A DNA stretch of 14,896 nt from Octopus sinensis (Eukaryota): positions 1-14,896 of the forward strand of contig NW_021825586.1 of the NCBI RefSeq assembly GCF_006345805.1, written 5' to 3'. Shown here in pieces: positions 1 to 9,856 of this stretch. A model generated the notes under the pieces. That model was not told the origin of the DNA and ran no database searches. It saw nothing but the letters and a program-made list of their open reading frames with translations. Within the stretch, counting starts at the first letter, position 1. Each line of letters begins with the position of its first letter. A program made the position numbers and the translations under genes.

Positions 1-149
1 TACGCCTAAAATTGTTGGGACTTTCACCTTTGGAAGATGTTTCATTATAGCGGTTTGGTTGATCAGCTTCCACCTAGGTTTGAAAAATACGCTGCCTAGG
101 AAAGCTACCTGTCCCACTGACGGGAAGGTGTGCATGTATGCATGTTGGT

Positions 150-384
150 ATTGACACACAAACACTCTGAAATCTTTGTATTGGAGCTTCTTGCACGAAT
201 GCCAAGCAGTACAGCATGTCGTTTCCAAATTTCTGGCTGAGTGAATCGCGTCATGGTGCTGTTTATTTTCACAGTCAGTGCCTGACTGACCCTACTATAC
301 TGTGTAGTCAACAAAATCAAAAGCAGACAATGCGCATGCGAGAAGTTAAAATTATAAAATGGTGACAATTTACCCATCGCAACC
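150..384 (-). mobile_element. 5' end fragment of a Tc1/mariner-superfamily (probably maT/DD37D-type) DNA transposon: terminal region, 5' UTR and first ~35 transposase codons
   Basis: Minus-strand ATG at 254-252 opens MTRFTQPEIWKRHAVLLGIRARSSNTKISECLCVN, which I recall as the N-terminal HTH of a Tc1/mariner transposase family abundant in octopus; similarity stops near 150. The putative end reads GGTTGCGATGGGTAAATTGTCACC (minus, 384-361). Family assignment is from memory. Confidence 0.62.
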
Positions 385-736
385 TCCCCCTCTCTCTCTG
401 CATGTATGCATATATTTGCATACAGTGCACGCCTGTAGTGTTTTGTTTACCAAATTCCACTCGGAAAACAGGACTGGATCTAATGATATATATACACTCT
501 TTGTACATATTTTAATACTTCGTTCAAGTATTGAGAGACTAATAAACTCAATATAAGTATGTTTCAGGACGAAGTGTTAGCTGAGTACAGAGCTGTAATA
601 AGAAAGAGAGATGGCAATGGCATAAATGATTATTTTATGAACTTCATTAGCTTACAGTTGTTTCTGCTAAGAGATGTAGTGGGCACATAGTTGGAGTGCC
701 TGAATAACACTCTATAGCTTCATCGGAGGCTTGAAA

Positions 737-770
737 TTGAAATGCAGTTATTGAAATGCAGTTATTGAAA
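737..770. repeat. 14-bp tandem duplication (TTGAAATGCAGTTA x2 plus TTGAAA)
   Basis: Exact copies at 737-750 and 751-764, partial at 765-770. Confidence 0.9.
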
Positions 771-826
771 CCCAGAACCACGTGATTTGGAAGCATGCTT
801 CTTACCCCACATCCACACCTGCACCT
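766..826 (-). mobile_element. SINE family A, diverged tRNA-like head fragment
   Basis: ccagaaccacgtgatttggaagcatgcttcttaccccacatccacacctgcacc aligns to the reverse complement of the head of the 8107-8505 copy. Confidence 0.6.
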
Positions 827-871
827 ATATGTATGTATATAAATGAGCACATATGTACATGTGTGTGTGTG

Positions 872-913
<42 letters not shown>

Positions 914-952
914 TGATAGATAGATAGTAGATGATAGATAGATTGACGATAG

Positions 953-983
<31 letters not shown>

Positions 984-1090
984 AGAGAGAGATGAGAAAG
1001 ACAGAGAGAGGGATATATGATATATAAATATATATATATATATATATTGATATAGAAGAGAGAGAGAGAGAGAGTAATAGATAGATAGAT

Positions 1091-1125
<35 letters not shown>

Positions 1126-1192
1126 TAGATAGATAGCTAGATAGACTGACCAACCTCTGTTTCTGTCTGTCTGTCTGTCTGTCCCTCTCTCT
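872..1192. repeat. Compound (GATA)n/(GA)n/(TA)n/(CTGT)n microsatellite
   Basis: Directly visible; source of the LSIYLSIY ORFs. Confidence 0.95.
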
Positions 1193-1827
1193 CGCACACA
1201 CAGAACTTCTGCGTGCGTTTATTACCATATCAAATAACCGTGGGCAAGCTAATGTTTTACTGAACGTCTATTTAAATAGATGTGATGTGTTTGTATTATG
1301 ACAGGAATGAGCATTTTTTTCCGTGTATGTGAGTATATAATAGGGTGTATATATATATATATATATATAGTATATATGTATGTATGTATGTGTCTGTGTG
1401 AGTGTATAAAGTGTATATTGTCGTCAAGTATTTAATGTAGTCTCTGCCTATATATTTTTGTTTGTATTTCTATAACCCGGTAATTCTCAGCAACATTCCC
1501 TGTCCCGGTGTTTGTTTATATACAGTTTTCACTGGTTGTCAGTGAGTGTATATATAAGGATGTGTGTAATGAATGTAGATAGGGTGTCGGTAGATAGGTA
1601 TGTACGTATGGATTTAATGATGGATGTATGTGTATAGGTTGGTGTGCATGTATGCATGTCGGTAGATGTGTAGGTACGTAGATATATGTGCAGATATGCA
1701 AATATATATGTATAATATCTGTGTAAATGTATATAGTCATACACATATGTACACACTAATGTATCTATCAATCTATTTATCTATCTATCTGGGTACATGA
1801 GTGTGTGTGCATATATATATATATATA

Positions 1828-3200
1828 ACAAATAAGCAACAGTATATCAAGTGGTAATGCAGTACGACCGTTTCACGCAGCTCCATTTAATTGAACAATG
1901 CAATCATTACATCAGTTTAAATACAGCGGTATCTTCAGCTGCACAAAAAATACATATGGAACTTCAACAGGTAGGATACATTAATATAATTTTCCTTGAT
2001 TATTTTAACGGAGCAAAGTGATGGAAGAAATTCAAGTTATCGCTATTGTAGCAAGAATGGCTGAAAAAAAAACAATCTACGATTTCTTAGAATAGCAAGG
2101 AGCATAGTGAGGCCATAGGGTTGTAATTCATTCCCAATTTATTTATCTCTTTATCATCTACTAAAATCTGAGACTAGAAAACTGTGTATATTTGGAATAA
2201 AGACCAAAAGTGAGTTAACACCTCATGGCTAGACATTGGTCATAAATATTGTCTTAGGTATCCCTTTACCCTCAAGAGAAAATAAACAAAACTTTAGAAA
2301 GAGCCAATTAGATGGAAATAACTGTCTATAAAAAAAGAAAGAGGCAGGGTAGGGTTGACTTCAATTCATGATGTTAATTACCAGTTAAAGGGGGAAAATA
2401 CTATGAAACTTAAGATGCTATAATGAGATACAGGAAAAAAATATTAGGGGCTTGATGGGGGAACGTTTATAAGCAATGTTATTATTTTGTATAAAAAAGA
2501 AATAAATTTTTTTAAATTCAAGAAAATTAGCTAAAAGGTGTGTATGTATCAATTATAAACATTAAAAGCAAGATTACTATTATGTAGAATAAATTTAATA
2601 CCTCTTCTTTACTTAATTATTAAATTAATTATTCGGTGGTTTCTATAAAGACTACTCAAGCCTCTTACATATGGAATATCTGGAAAGATATACATACTAT
2701 CTACTGCTTTGAAGCAATGAATCAGAAGCAGATACATATATACAGATACATATATAAAAAAGAGGTTTTATACACACACACAGACACATAAGTGCATATA
2801 TGTATATATACATACACACAAATATATATACGCTTATATAAAAAAAATATAGTATAAATATTTTGCATAAACATAAATAACTGAAAAATATCAATTAAAG
2901 AACAAGTGAAATAGCATTTCATAAAGGATAAAATTAATGAGGTAAGCATACCAAAGTACGAAAACACAATAAGAATTTTTAGAAGATTTTGTGCAGCTGA
3001 AGATAGCGCTGTATTCAAATTGATTTAATGATTGCATTGTTCAGGGAAATGGAGCCACTTGAAACGGGTGTACTGCATTACTACTTGAACTCCTGTTGCT
3101 TATTTTGATTTTGTTCACCTTACTTCGAGCTGTGTGGATAATACCAGACTGACTACGTGCTTCAACTCAAGTACCTTAATCAACGGAATCTTAATTACTT
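1828..3200. mobile_element. Putative non-autonomous element with ~119-bp inverted arms, flanked by (TA)n
   Basis: 1830-1948 versus the reverse complement of 2987-3105 aligns without gaps at about 16 mismatches in 119 bp. (TA)n lies at 1811-1827 and ~3200-3300. No recognisable coding remnant inside. Confidence 0.7.
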
Positions 3201-3219
3201 ATATATATACATATATACT

Positions 3220-3262
<43 letters not shown>

Positions 3263-3315
3263 ATATATATAATATATATATAATATATCTATTATATATA
3301 TCTTTTTGTCATCTA

Positions 3316-3700
3316 TTTATTTGTTTTAAACATTTGACTGGGCCATGCTGGGGCACCGACTAAGAAGGGTTTGTAGTCACACAAATCGACCTCAGGACTC
3401 ATTTGTTTAAAAGCCTAGTATTTATCCTATCGTCCCCTTACGCCGAACCGCTGAGTTACAGGGATGTAAACACACCAGCAAGGTTGTTTGGTGATCATGG
3501 GACTAACACACACACACACACACATATATATATGTACCATGGAATTCTTTCCGTTTCCGTCCACTAATTCCACTCACAAGGCTTTGGTCAACTCGAAGGC
3601 ATAGTAAGAGACATTTGCCCAAGGTGCCATGCAGTGAGACTGAACCCAGATCCAGGTTGATCGGAAGCAAACCTCTTAGAACACAGCCATCACTAACACC
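3316..3700 (-). mobile_element. SINE family A, near full-length, old diverged copy
   Basis: Collinear with the reverse complement of 8107-8505 (ggccatgctgg-gcacc, gccgaaccgct-agtta, ccactcacaaggctttggtc, gcccaaggtgcca) and has a central (CA)n/(TA)n tract. Confidence 0.85.
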
Positions 3701-3811
3701 CATATATACACACACACACACTCACACACATATATATATATATATTATGAAACAGAAAAATTGTACAGTCCGTTACATAGACGGCTATATATAGACGCAT
3801 TATATATACTA

Positions 3812-3854
<43 letters not shown>

Positions 3855-3985
3855 TTGTGTGTGCATTTGGTGTGTGTGTAATGTATATATATATATATAT
3901 AGATATAAATACACATACATGTGCGTATAAACATATATATATATATATATAAATATATAGATACACACACAGTGTGTGAGAGAGA
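3701..3985. repeat. Compound (TA)n/(CA)n/(TG)n microsatellite
   Basis: Directly visible. Confidence 0.9.
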
Positions 3986-4344
3986 TACACATAGAGAACG
4001 AGAGGGAAAAATGATTGATAGCAAAAATTGAATAACAGCTTTCTAAATAAATGAAACGGTTCCATCTAATTGAGGACAGATAAATAAAAGAACAGCAGAA
4101 TAGCGGAATAGCGGAATGAATGAGAGAATAAAAGAATATATGAATGACATGCTGTATAATAGAAACGGATTGTGAATGTGTGCAAAATATTTTTGTGTCT
4201 GTCTAAAATATGTCGTACATGCGTGTGTTTGTGTGTGCGTAAATGGTTTTTTGTCTGTCTAAGATGTCATACTTGTTTGCTTGCGTGTATGTGTGTACGT
4301 ATATATGTGACATGCGTGTGAAAGCGTGTGCGTGTCACTCGACA

Positions 4345-4524
4345 TATTTCACACACAGACACACACACACACACAGACACACATACACACATGTAATTAT
4401 TTATACATATAACTATCTATCTATCTATCTATCGATCTGTCTGTCTGTGTATTTGTCTCTGGTTTAGCTATCTACTTATCTATTTATTTAGGTAACTTTC
4501 AATCTATCTGCAGGCCTCCCTCAC

Positions 4525-4564
<40 letters not shown>

Positions 4565-4615
4565 GTAGACATATATATATATGTCATATATATATCATCA
4601 TCTATTTATATATAT
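4345..4615. repeat. (CA)n, (TCTA)n, (CT)n and (TA)n microsatellites
   Basis: Directly visible; perfect (CT)n at ~4527-4561. Confidence 0.9.
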
Positions 4616-4619
4616 ATAT

Positions 4620-4805
4620 ATCATCATCATCAACATCATCATCATCTCACTGACATCATCTTCATTGTCATCATCTTCGTTACCATCATCATCATCATCT
4701 TCATCATCATCATCATCAACACAACCGATGTCATCATCATCGTCACCATCATCGTCATCATCGCCCTCATCAGAGTCACCCATCCCAAACATCACTAACA
4801 TCACC
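4620..4805. repeat. Degenerate (CAT)n trinucleotide repeat
   Basis: Directly visible; yields spurious poly-Ser and poly-Asp ORFs. Confidence 0.9.
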
Positions 4806-4897
4806 GCCTCTGCCTCTGCCAATTCCTGCTCTTGTCGTCCCAAAACAAATGTCTTTTGTCAGATTTATTTCGGACTAACGCTTTGTAATAATACATT

Positions 4898-4942
<45 letters not shown>

Positions 4943-5402
4943 GCATGTTTATCTAAATATCTATTTTACAATTTGATCGATTGATCGTCGATCGATCAAA
5001 ATTCTTTATCTATGCTTTAACAGAACTCCTCCCCGACTCCCGTCAAGGCTATCTTTTCACGTACGAATTTCCAGAACCACGGACATTTCAGTCGCTGTTA
5101 CCATTACCATGCCCACCACCACTGCCACCATCACAGTCACTTCTATCATAGCCACCGTCCCCAACATTGTCTCCAGTACTTCAACATGAGTTCCACCACT
5201 GTCACTACCATCCACATCACCACTATTGTACCACACCCATCTCGGAGATCATATGTATGTATGTATGTATGTATGTATGTTCTCTCCTTTCCTTTTTTAA
5301 TTTAGATTAAATTTTGACCAGCCACCTACTTGGTAGCAAGTTTAGGAAAGAAAGTATCTTTAACCATCATCCAAAGAAAGTTTTAACCATCATCCTTTAA
5401 AT

Positions 5403-5747
5403 CAGGGGTTCTAAACCATTTTTTATTTATGGACCCCTTTTATTGCTATTTCATACTGGTGAACCGCCATAGCCATTCGATGTTTCATAACTAGCTTTTT
5501 AAATACTTTTTTCAAAATTGCTATTTTGTTTTACAGACATTAACTTTTATAAGTTGAACAATATAAAATGTTAGCGAAAGAAACCTGTTTCTTGTAATAC
5601 ACACCAATAAATACATCTAAAGAAAAATGTTTTCAGGGGTCCTTAAAATACTGTTGTGGATCCCTAATTTACTATTTTGTTAAATGGACACCTCAAAATC
5701 TTATAGGGACCGTCGGGGGCCATATGGGCCCTGGTCGAGAATCACTG
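5403..5747. mobile_element. hAT-superfamily MITE (345 bp)
   Basis: Left end CAGGGGTTCTAAACCA; right end TGGTCGAGAATCACTG (reverse complement CAGTGATTCTCGACCA, 12/16 match). Perfect 8-bp TSD CTTTAAAT at 5395-5402 and 5748-5755. Repeated GGACCCC-like subterminal motifs. An 8-bp TSD with CAG termini is the established hAT (Charlie-like) signature. Confidence 0.9.
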
Positions 5748-5884
5748 CTTTAAATCTAAAGGCCTTGCAGATACTTTCATTTTTTAACAATTCCTTTTGT
5801 TTACATTCACTAAATCTGTGTTCCCTCTATCTTTATTTTCTTCTATCTTTCTCTCTCTGTGAATGTGTGTGTTCGTGTACATCT

Positions 5885-5905
5885 ATATATGCATGTGTAT
5901 GTCTA

Positions 5906-6004
<99 letters not shown>

Positions 6005-6075
6005 ATATATATGTGTGTGTGTATACATATATATATGTATAGGTATATGTGTGTGTATATATGTTTGTGTGTCTG
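5885..6075. repeat. (TA)n/(TG)n compound microsatellite adjoining a SINE 3' half
   Basis: Directly visible. Confidence 0.95.
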
Positions 6076-6268
6076 TGTTTGTCCCCCCCAACATCACTTG
6101 ATAACCGATGCTGGTGTGTTTACGTCCCCGTAACCTAGCGGTTCGGCAAAAGTGACCGATAGAATAAGTACTAGGCTTACAAAGATTAAGTCCTAGGGTC
6201 GGTTTGTTCAACTAAAAGGCGGTGCTCCAGCATGGCCACAGTCAAATGACTGAAACAAGTAAAAGAGT
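6064..6268 (+). mobile_element. SINE family A, 3' half only
   Basis: High similarity to ~8310-8500 (accgatgctggtgtgttta, tagcggttcggcaaaa, gaccgatagaataagtact, ggtgctccagcatggcc, aaatgactgaaacaagtaaaa). Confidence 0.92.
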
Positions 6269-6757
6269 CATCACTGGACGCGAACATATTAAAAGCGTAC
6301 TAATGAAAAAAAAAGTCCTAAAAGCCAATACTGATATAGAAATCAAAATATATGTGAAAATATGTAGAAGTCATTTATAAGTACAAACGCGAATTCGTTT
6401 ATAGATATTTAAAAAATGATATTCCGTAATACGTCGTTGTTCGAGTTAAGTCACATTTCTTGCTTTGTGTGTGTGTGTGCATGAGAAAAGCCTCCCATAT
6501 AGACCTTTGTAAACCTGTAAAATATAGGAGTTTTTTTTCTGCTGCAAACTATATAACTGCCCGATGTGTGTGCGTATGGATGCGTGCGTGTTTCTGCCAC
6601 TGTGTATGGTTTTCCACTCCTTTAAGACGTTTCATTTAAAAGTCTGAATCTGAGCCAGCAGGGTTTTACTTACACATATTTGTCTACTTTTACTATCGAT
6701 TTGTCTGCTCGTTTGTCTGTTTATATTTCTTGTCAGCCTATTTGGCCAGCTATGAGG

Positions 6758-7090
<333 letters not shown>

Positions 7091-7093
7091 TTT

Positions 7094-7450
7094 GATATGA
7101 CTGGTGTGTCCTGGAGCTCTTGCCAACGAATTTTGAGCAAGGAATTGCGAATTAAAAGAGTTGCAGTAAAAAGTGTGCCTCGCTTGCTCACGGAAGATCA
7201 AAAACAGTCACGACTGAAAGAACAGCTGGAAGTTGATCCGGTCCTTTTTTCGAAGATCATCACTGGGGACAAAAGCTGGTGCTACGGAATTTGCAGATGT
7301 GAAAGGGGTGAAGAAAAAAGCGACGGAGGCGTTAAAAAGCATCACTTTGCAAGAGTTCCAGCCCTGCTTTGAACAGTGGAAAAACGTCCTGACCGATACA
7401 TAGCTTCAAATGGAGAATACTTGGAAGGCGATAAAAGAGTAAACATGTAA
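7094..7450 (+). pseudogene. Mariner transposase remnant, internally deleted and frameshifted
   Basis: 7094-7288 reads [38 protein letters not shown]...[12 protein letters not shown] (VPRLL is the WVPHEL-type linker; TGD holds the first catalytic Asp at 7268-7270). It jumps to C-terminal [31 protein letters not shown] (from 7290), then frameshifts to DRYIASNGEYLEGD, stop at 7448-7450. Confidence 0.9.
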
Positions 7451-7479
7451 AACTAAGTGAATAAAATAATATTGCAAAT

Positions 7480-7508
7480 TTCCCGTTTCTTTTGAGTATC
7501 CCCTCGTA
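7480..7508 (+). mobile_element. Right terminal inverted repeat of the mariner element plus TA target site
   Basis: TTCCCGTTTCTTTTGAGTATCCCCTCG|TA lies 30 bp after the stop; its reverse complement TA|CGAGGGGATACTCAAAAGAAACGGGAA is mariner-like. No left TIR seen. Confidence 0.75.
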
Positions 7509-7599
7509 TATATAAATATATATAGCAAAAGATAAGATAAAAGACATAACTGATATAACTAAAACACAGTCGTGTTTTCCAATACAACGTTTAATTAGT

Positions 7600-7795
7600 T
7601 AGAACTGTTCTGTTTTGTATCGACCTATGCTCCGAAGTATCCTAAACATTAGCATACTGTTATTTTTGTGTATGTGTCGTTAATTATGTCTTTAATTAGT
7701 TTTTAGTTTTTTAAGACAGCATGGGTGTAATGTGGTGGAATGATTTGTCTGTTATTTTAAGCACGCCGGGTGCCAACGTAGATAATCCATCGTCA
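7600..7795 (-). mobile_element. Repeat family C (SINE-like), diverged copy
   Basis: gatttgtctgttattttaagca and ttttttaagacagcatgggtgt resemble the reverse complement of the GCTAGAAATAGCA..AAATCTC copies at 11.9-12.3 kb. Confidence 0.45.
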
Positions 7796-7842
7796 GTTGA
7801 ATATGAACATTTTCAAGCGAAATATTGTTTCCATATATATAT

Positions 7843-8004
7843 AACAGGTTTCTTTCAGTTTCTGCCTGCCAAATCCACTCACGAGGCTTTGGTCGTCCAG
7901 GGAGTACAGTAGACGACAGTTTCCCAAGGTGCCTCACGGTGAAACTGATCCCAGAATCATTTAGTTACGAAGTAAACTTCTAACCACAAAGCCACGCCTG
8001 TGCC
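7843..8004 (-). mobile_element. SINE family A, 5' half, diverged
   Basis: ttctttcagtttctgcctgccaaatccactcacgaggctttggtcg...cccaaggtgcc...gccacgcctgtgcc matches the reverse complement of 8107-8268. Confidence 0.85.
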
Positions 8005-8106
8005 CGGCTCATCGGGCAATCTAGACGAGTTAGGTTCGTTCCACCGGTCTACGAATCTCCAAGTTACATGGAGCTGAGTCAAACTGTTATTAAATTATAT
8101 ATAACA

Positions 8107-8505
8107 GGCGCAGGAGTGGCTGTGTGGTAAGTAGCTTGTTTACCAACCACATGGTTTCGGGTTCAGTCCAACTGCGTGGCACCTTCGGCAAGTGTCTTCT
8201 ACTATAGCCTCGGGCCGACCAAAGCCTTGTGAGTGGATTTGGTAGACGGAAACTGAAAGAAGCCTGTCGTATATATGTATATATATGTATGTGCATGTAT
8301 GCTTGTGTGTCTGTATTTATCCCCCTAGCATTGCTTGACAACCGATGCTGGTGTGTTTATGCCCCCGTCACTTAGCGGTTCGGCAAAAAGAGACCGATAG
8401 AATAAGTACTGGGCTTACAAAGAATAAGTCCCGCGGTCGAGTTGCTCGATTAAAGGTGGTGCTCCAGCATGGCCGCAGTAAAATGACTGAAACAAGTAAA
8501 AAAAA
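8107..8505 (+). mobile_element. SINE family A, full-length (tRNA-derived head, central TA/TG microsatellite, A-rich tail)
   Basis: A-box-like TGGCTGTGTGG (8117-8127) and B-box-like GGTTCAGTCC (8160-8169); five other homologous segments in the window; A-rich 3' end. Confidence 0.93.
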
Positions 8506-8529
8506 GAGAGAGAACAGAAAGAAAGGTTG

Positions 8530-8600
8530 TGAGAGATAGATAAATAGATAGGACAGAAACAGACAGACAGACAAAGATAGACAGACTGATAGAGAGATAG

Positions 8601-8657
<57 letters not shown>
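8530..8657. repeat. (GATA/GACA)n grading into perfect (GA)n
   Basis: Directly visible. Confidence 0.95.
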
Positions 8658-8660
<3 letters not shown>

Positions 8661-9132
8661 GTAGCAACAAACACCTGGGACTCCTTGCTATCAGTCAGAC
8701 GGCAGACCAACCAGCCTAGCCTGCCAACAATCCTGATGATTTTCGCCGCCTTGTTCCCTTAAACTCCTCTCTCTCCCCTCTCTCCTCTCTCTCTCTCTCT
8801 CTCCTGCCCTCTTCTCTAAGTCTAAATGACGTCTTCTCACCTCACCTGAACCCATCATCGTGACTTTCCCTCCTCCTTTCCCACTGTCCCCTTCAGCACC
8901 AGCTCTCCTCTTCCCCCTACTCTCTTTCTCTCCCCTGTCTACACCTCCTCGCCCATTCTCTCACCAACACTCTTCACAACCGCCTACCCAACCCAAAGTT
9001 AATTGCTGCATTGCGGGGTCTGACTATTCTTCTATTGTTCCTCAGCCTTCCCCTCCATCTTTTTGCCGCTGCTGTTATTGTTATTATTGTTATTATTATC
9101 GTTATAAGTGTTATTTTTGTTATTGCTGAGAC

Positions 9133-9520
9133 GGCGTGCTGGCTCAATTGGTACAGCGTCGGTCAAAATGCTTGGCGGCATTCTCCTGACTCTTTACGTT
9201 TCTACGCTCAAATACCTATTTCTTTACATTCCATAAGGAGCTAAACACAGAGAGGACAAACAAGGACATACACACGGATTAAGTCGATTACATCGACCCC
9301 AGTGCGTAACTGGTACTTAATTTATCGACCCCGAAAGGATGAAAGGCAAAGTCGACCTCGGCGGAATTTGAACTCAGAACGTAACGGCAGACGAAATAAC
9401 GGCTACGCATTCCGCCCGGCGCGCTAACGTTTCTGCCAGCTCGCTGCCTTTCTGCGCTCAAATACCGATGAGATCGACTTTTATCTGGCCTTTTTGCTAA
9501 AATTTAAAACCGTTATTGTT
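9133..9520 (+). mobile_element. SINE family B, old copy split by a younger insertion (9133-9216 and 9449-9520)
   Basis: Head ggcgtgctggctcaattggtacagcg...aaaatgcttggcggcatt, B-box-like ctcaaatacc, resumes gatgagatcgactttt, then tail ctggcctttttgctaaaatttaaaacc shared with 12525-12550 and ~13305-13325. Confidence 0.75.
9217..9448 (-). mobile_element. SINE family B, young full-length copy with 18-bp TSD
   Basis: Minus strand: ggcagcgagctggcagaaacgttagc, B-box gagttcaaattcc, core gcctttcatcctttcggggtcgataaattaagtaccag (resembles the Meta/MESC SINE core as I recall it). TSD tttctacgctcaaatacc (9199-9216) / tttctgcgctcaaatacc (9449-9466). Roughly 90% identical to 12721-12940. Confidence 0.93.
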
Positions 9521-9601
9521 ACTAAGGTAGCGAGCTGGCTAGTATGTCCTTACAGTTTTCTCTTACAGGCAATAGGACCTGTAAGAAAAAAAGAAGAAAA
9601 A

Positions 9602-9856
9602 AAGTCATCCAAGTGCTCTCTGTCTGTAAATAGGACATTATTGAAGCAAAAAGAGACGCTTAAATATCTCGAGACCGTTTTCTCGAATGATGGGAAGCAA
9701 GAGATTGATTTAAATGCCAGAATTGCAGATGTTGGTACAGTAATGTACCAGCTTTAGCATTCGATTCTCAGAACAAGAGGAGTTGGTAAAAACACCACAT
9801 TTGCTATTTTCTATTCGGTTTCCGTGCCTATATTCACCTATGTTCATAAATGTTGG
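9602..9856 (+). pseudogene. RTE-clade non-LTR retrotransposon remnant (end of the RT domain and downstream region)
   Basis: One frame reads KCSLSVNRTLLKQKETLKYLETVFSNDGKQEIDLNARIADVGTVMYQL*HSILRTRGVGKNTTFAIFYSVSVPIFTYVHKCW, matching the typical FKYLG..F..DG...EI..RI..A......L and K...F.S...P.LTYG.E.W pattern. In-frame stop at 9755-9757. Confidence 0.8.

Noticed and set aside
559-690. 43-codon ORF MFQDEVLAEYRAVIRKRDGNG..., also preceded by TTTCAG
   Set aside because: No recognisable homology, short, no convincing donor; expected by chance.
647-1228. 193-aa and 131-aa minus-strand ORFs
   Set aside because: Translations of (GATA)n/(GA)n microsatellite.
1267-1280. 14-bp palindrome TCTATTTAAATAGA
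   Set aside because: AT-only core in AT-rich DNA; does not fit the MEF2 spacing.
4581-4976. Ser-rich (+) and Asp-rich (-) ORFs resembling biomineral or acidic proteins
   Set aside because: Both derive from a (CAT)n repeat flanked by (TA)n and (CA)n; no splice or homology support.
5100-5235. CAC/ACC-rich stretch as a Thr/His-rich exon
   Set aside because: Degenerate trinucleotide low complexity with no supporting ORF or splice signals.
8107-8175. SINE heads as tRNA genes
   Set aside because: They have A/B-like boxes but no cloverleaf and continue into SINE bodies.
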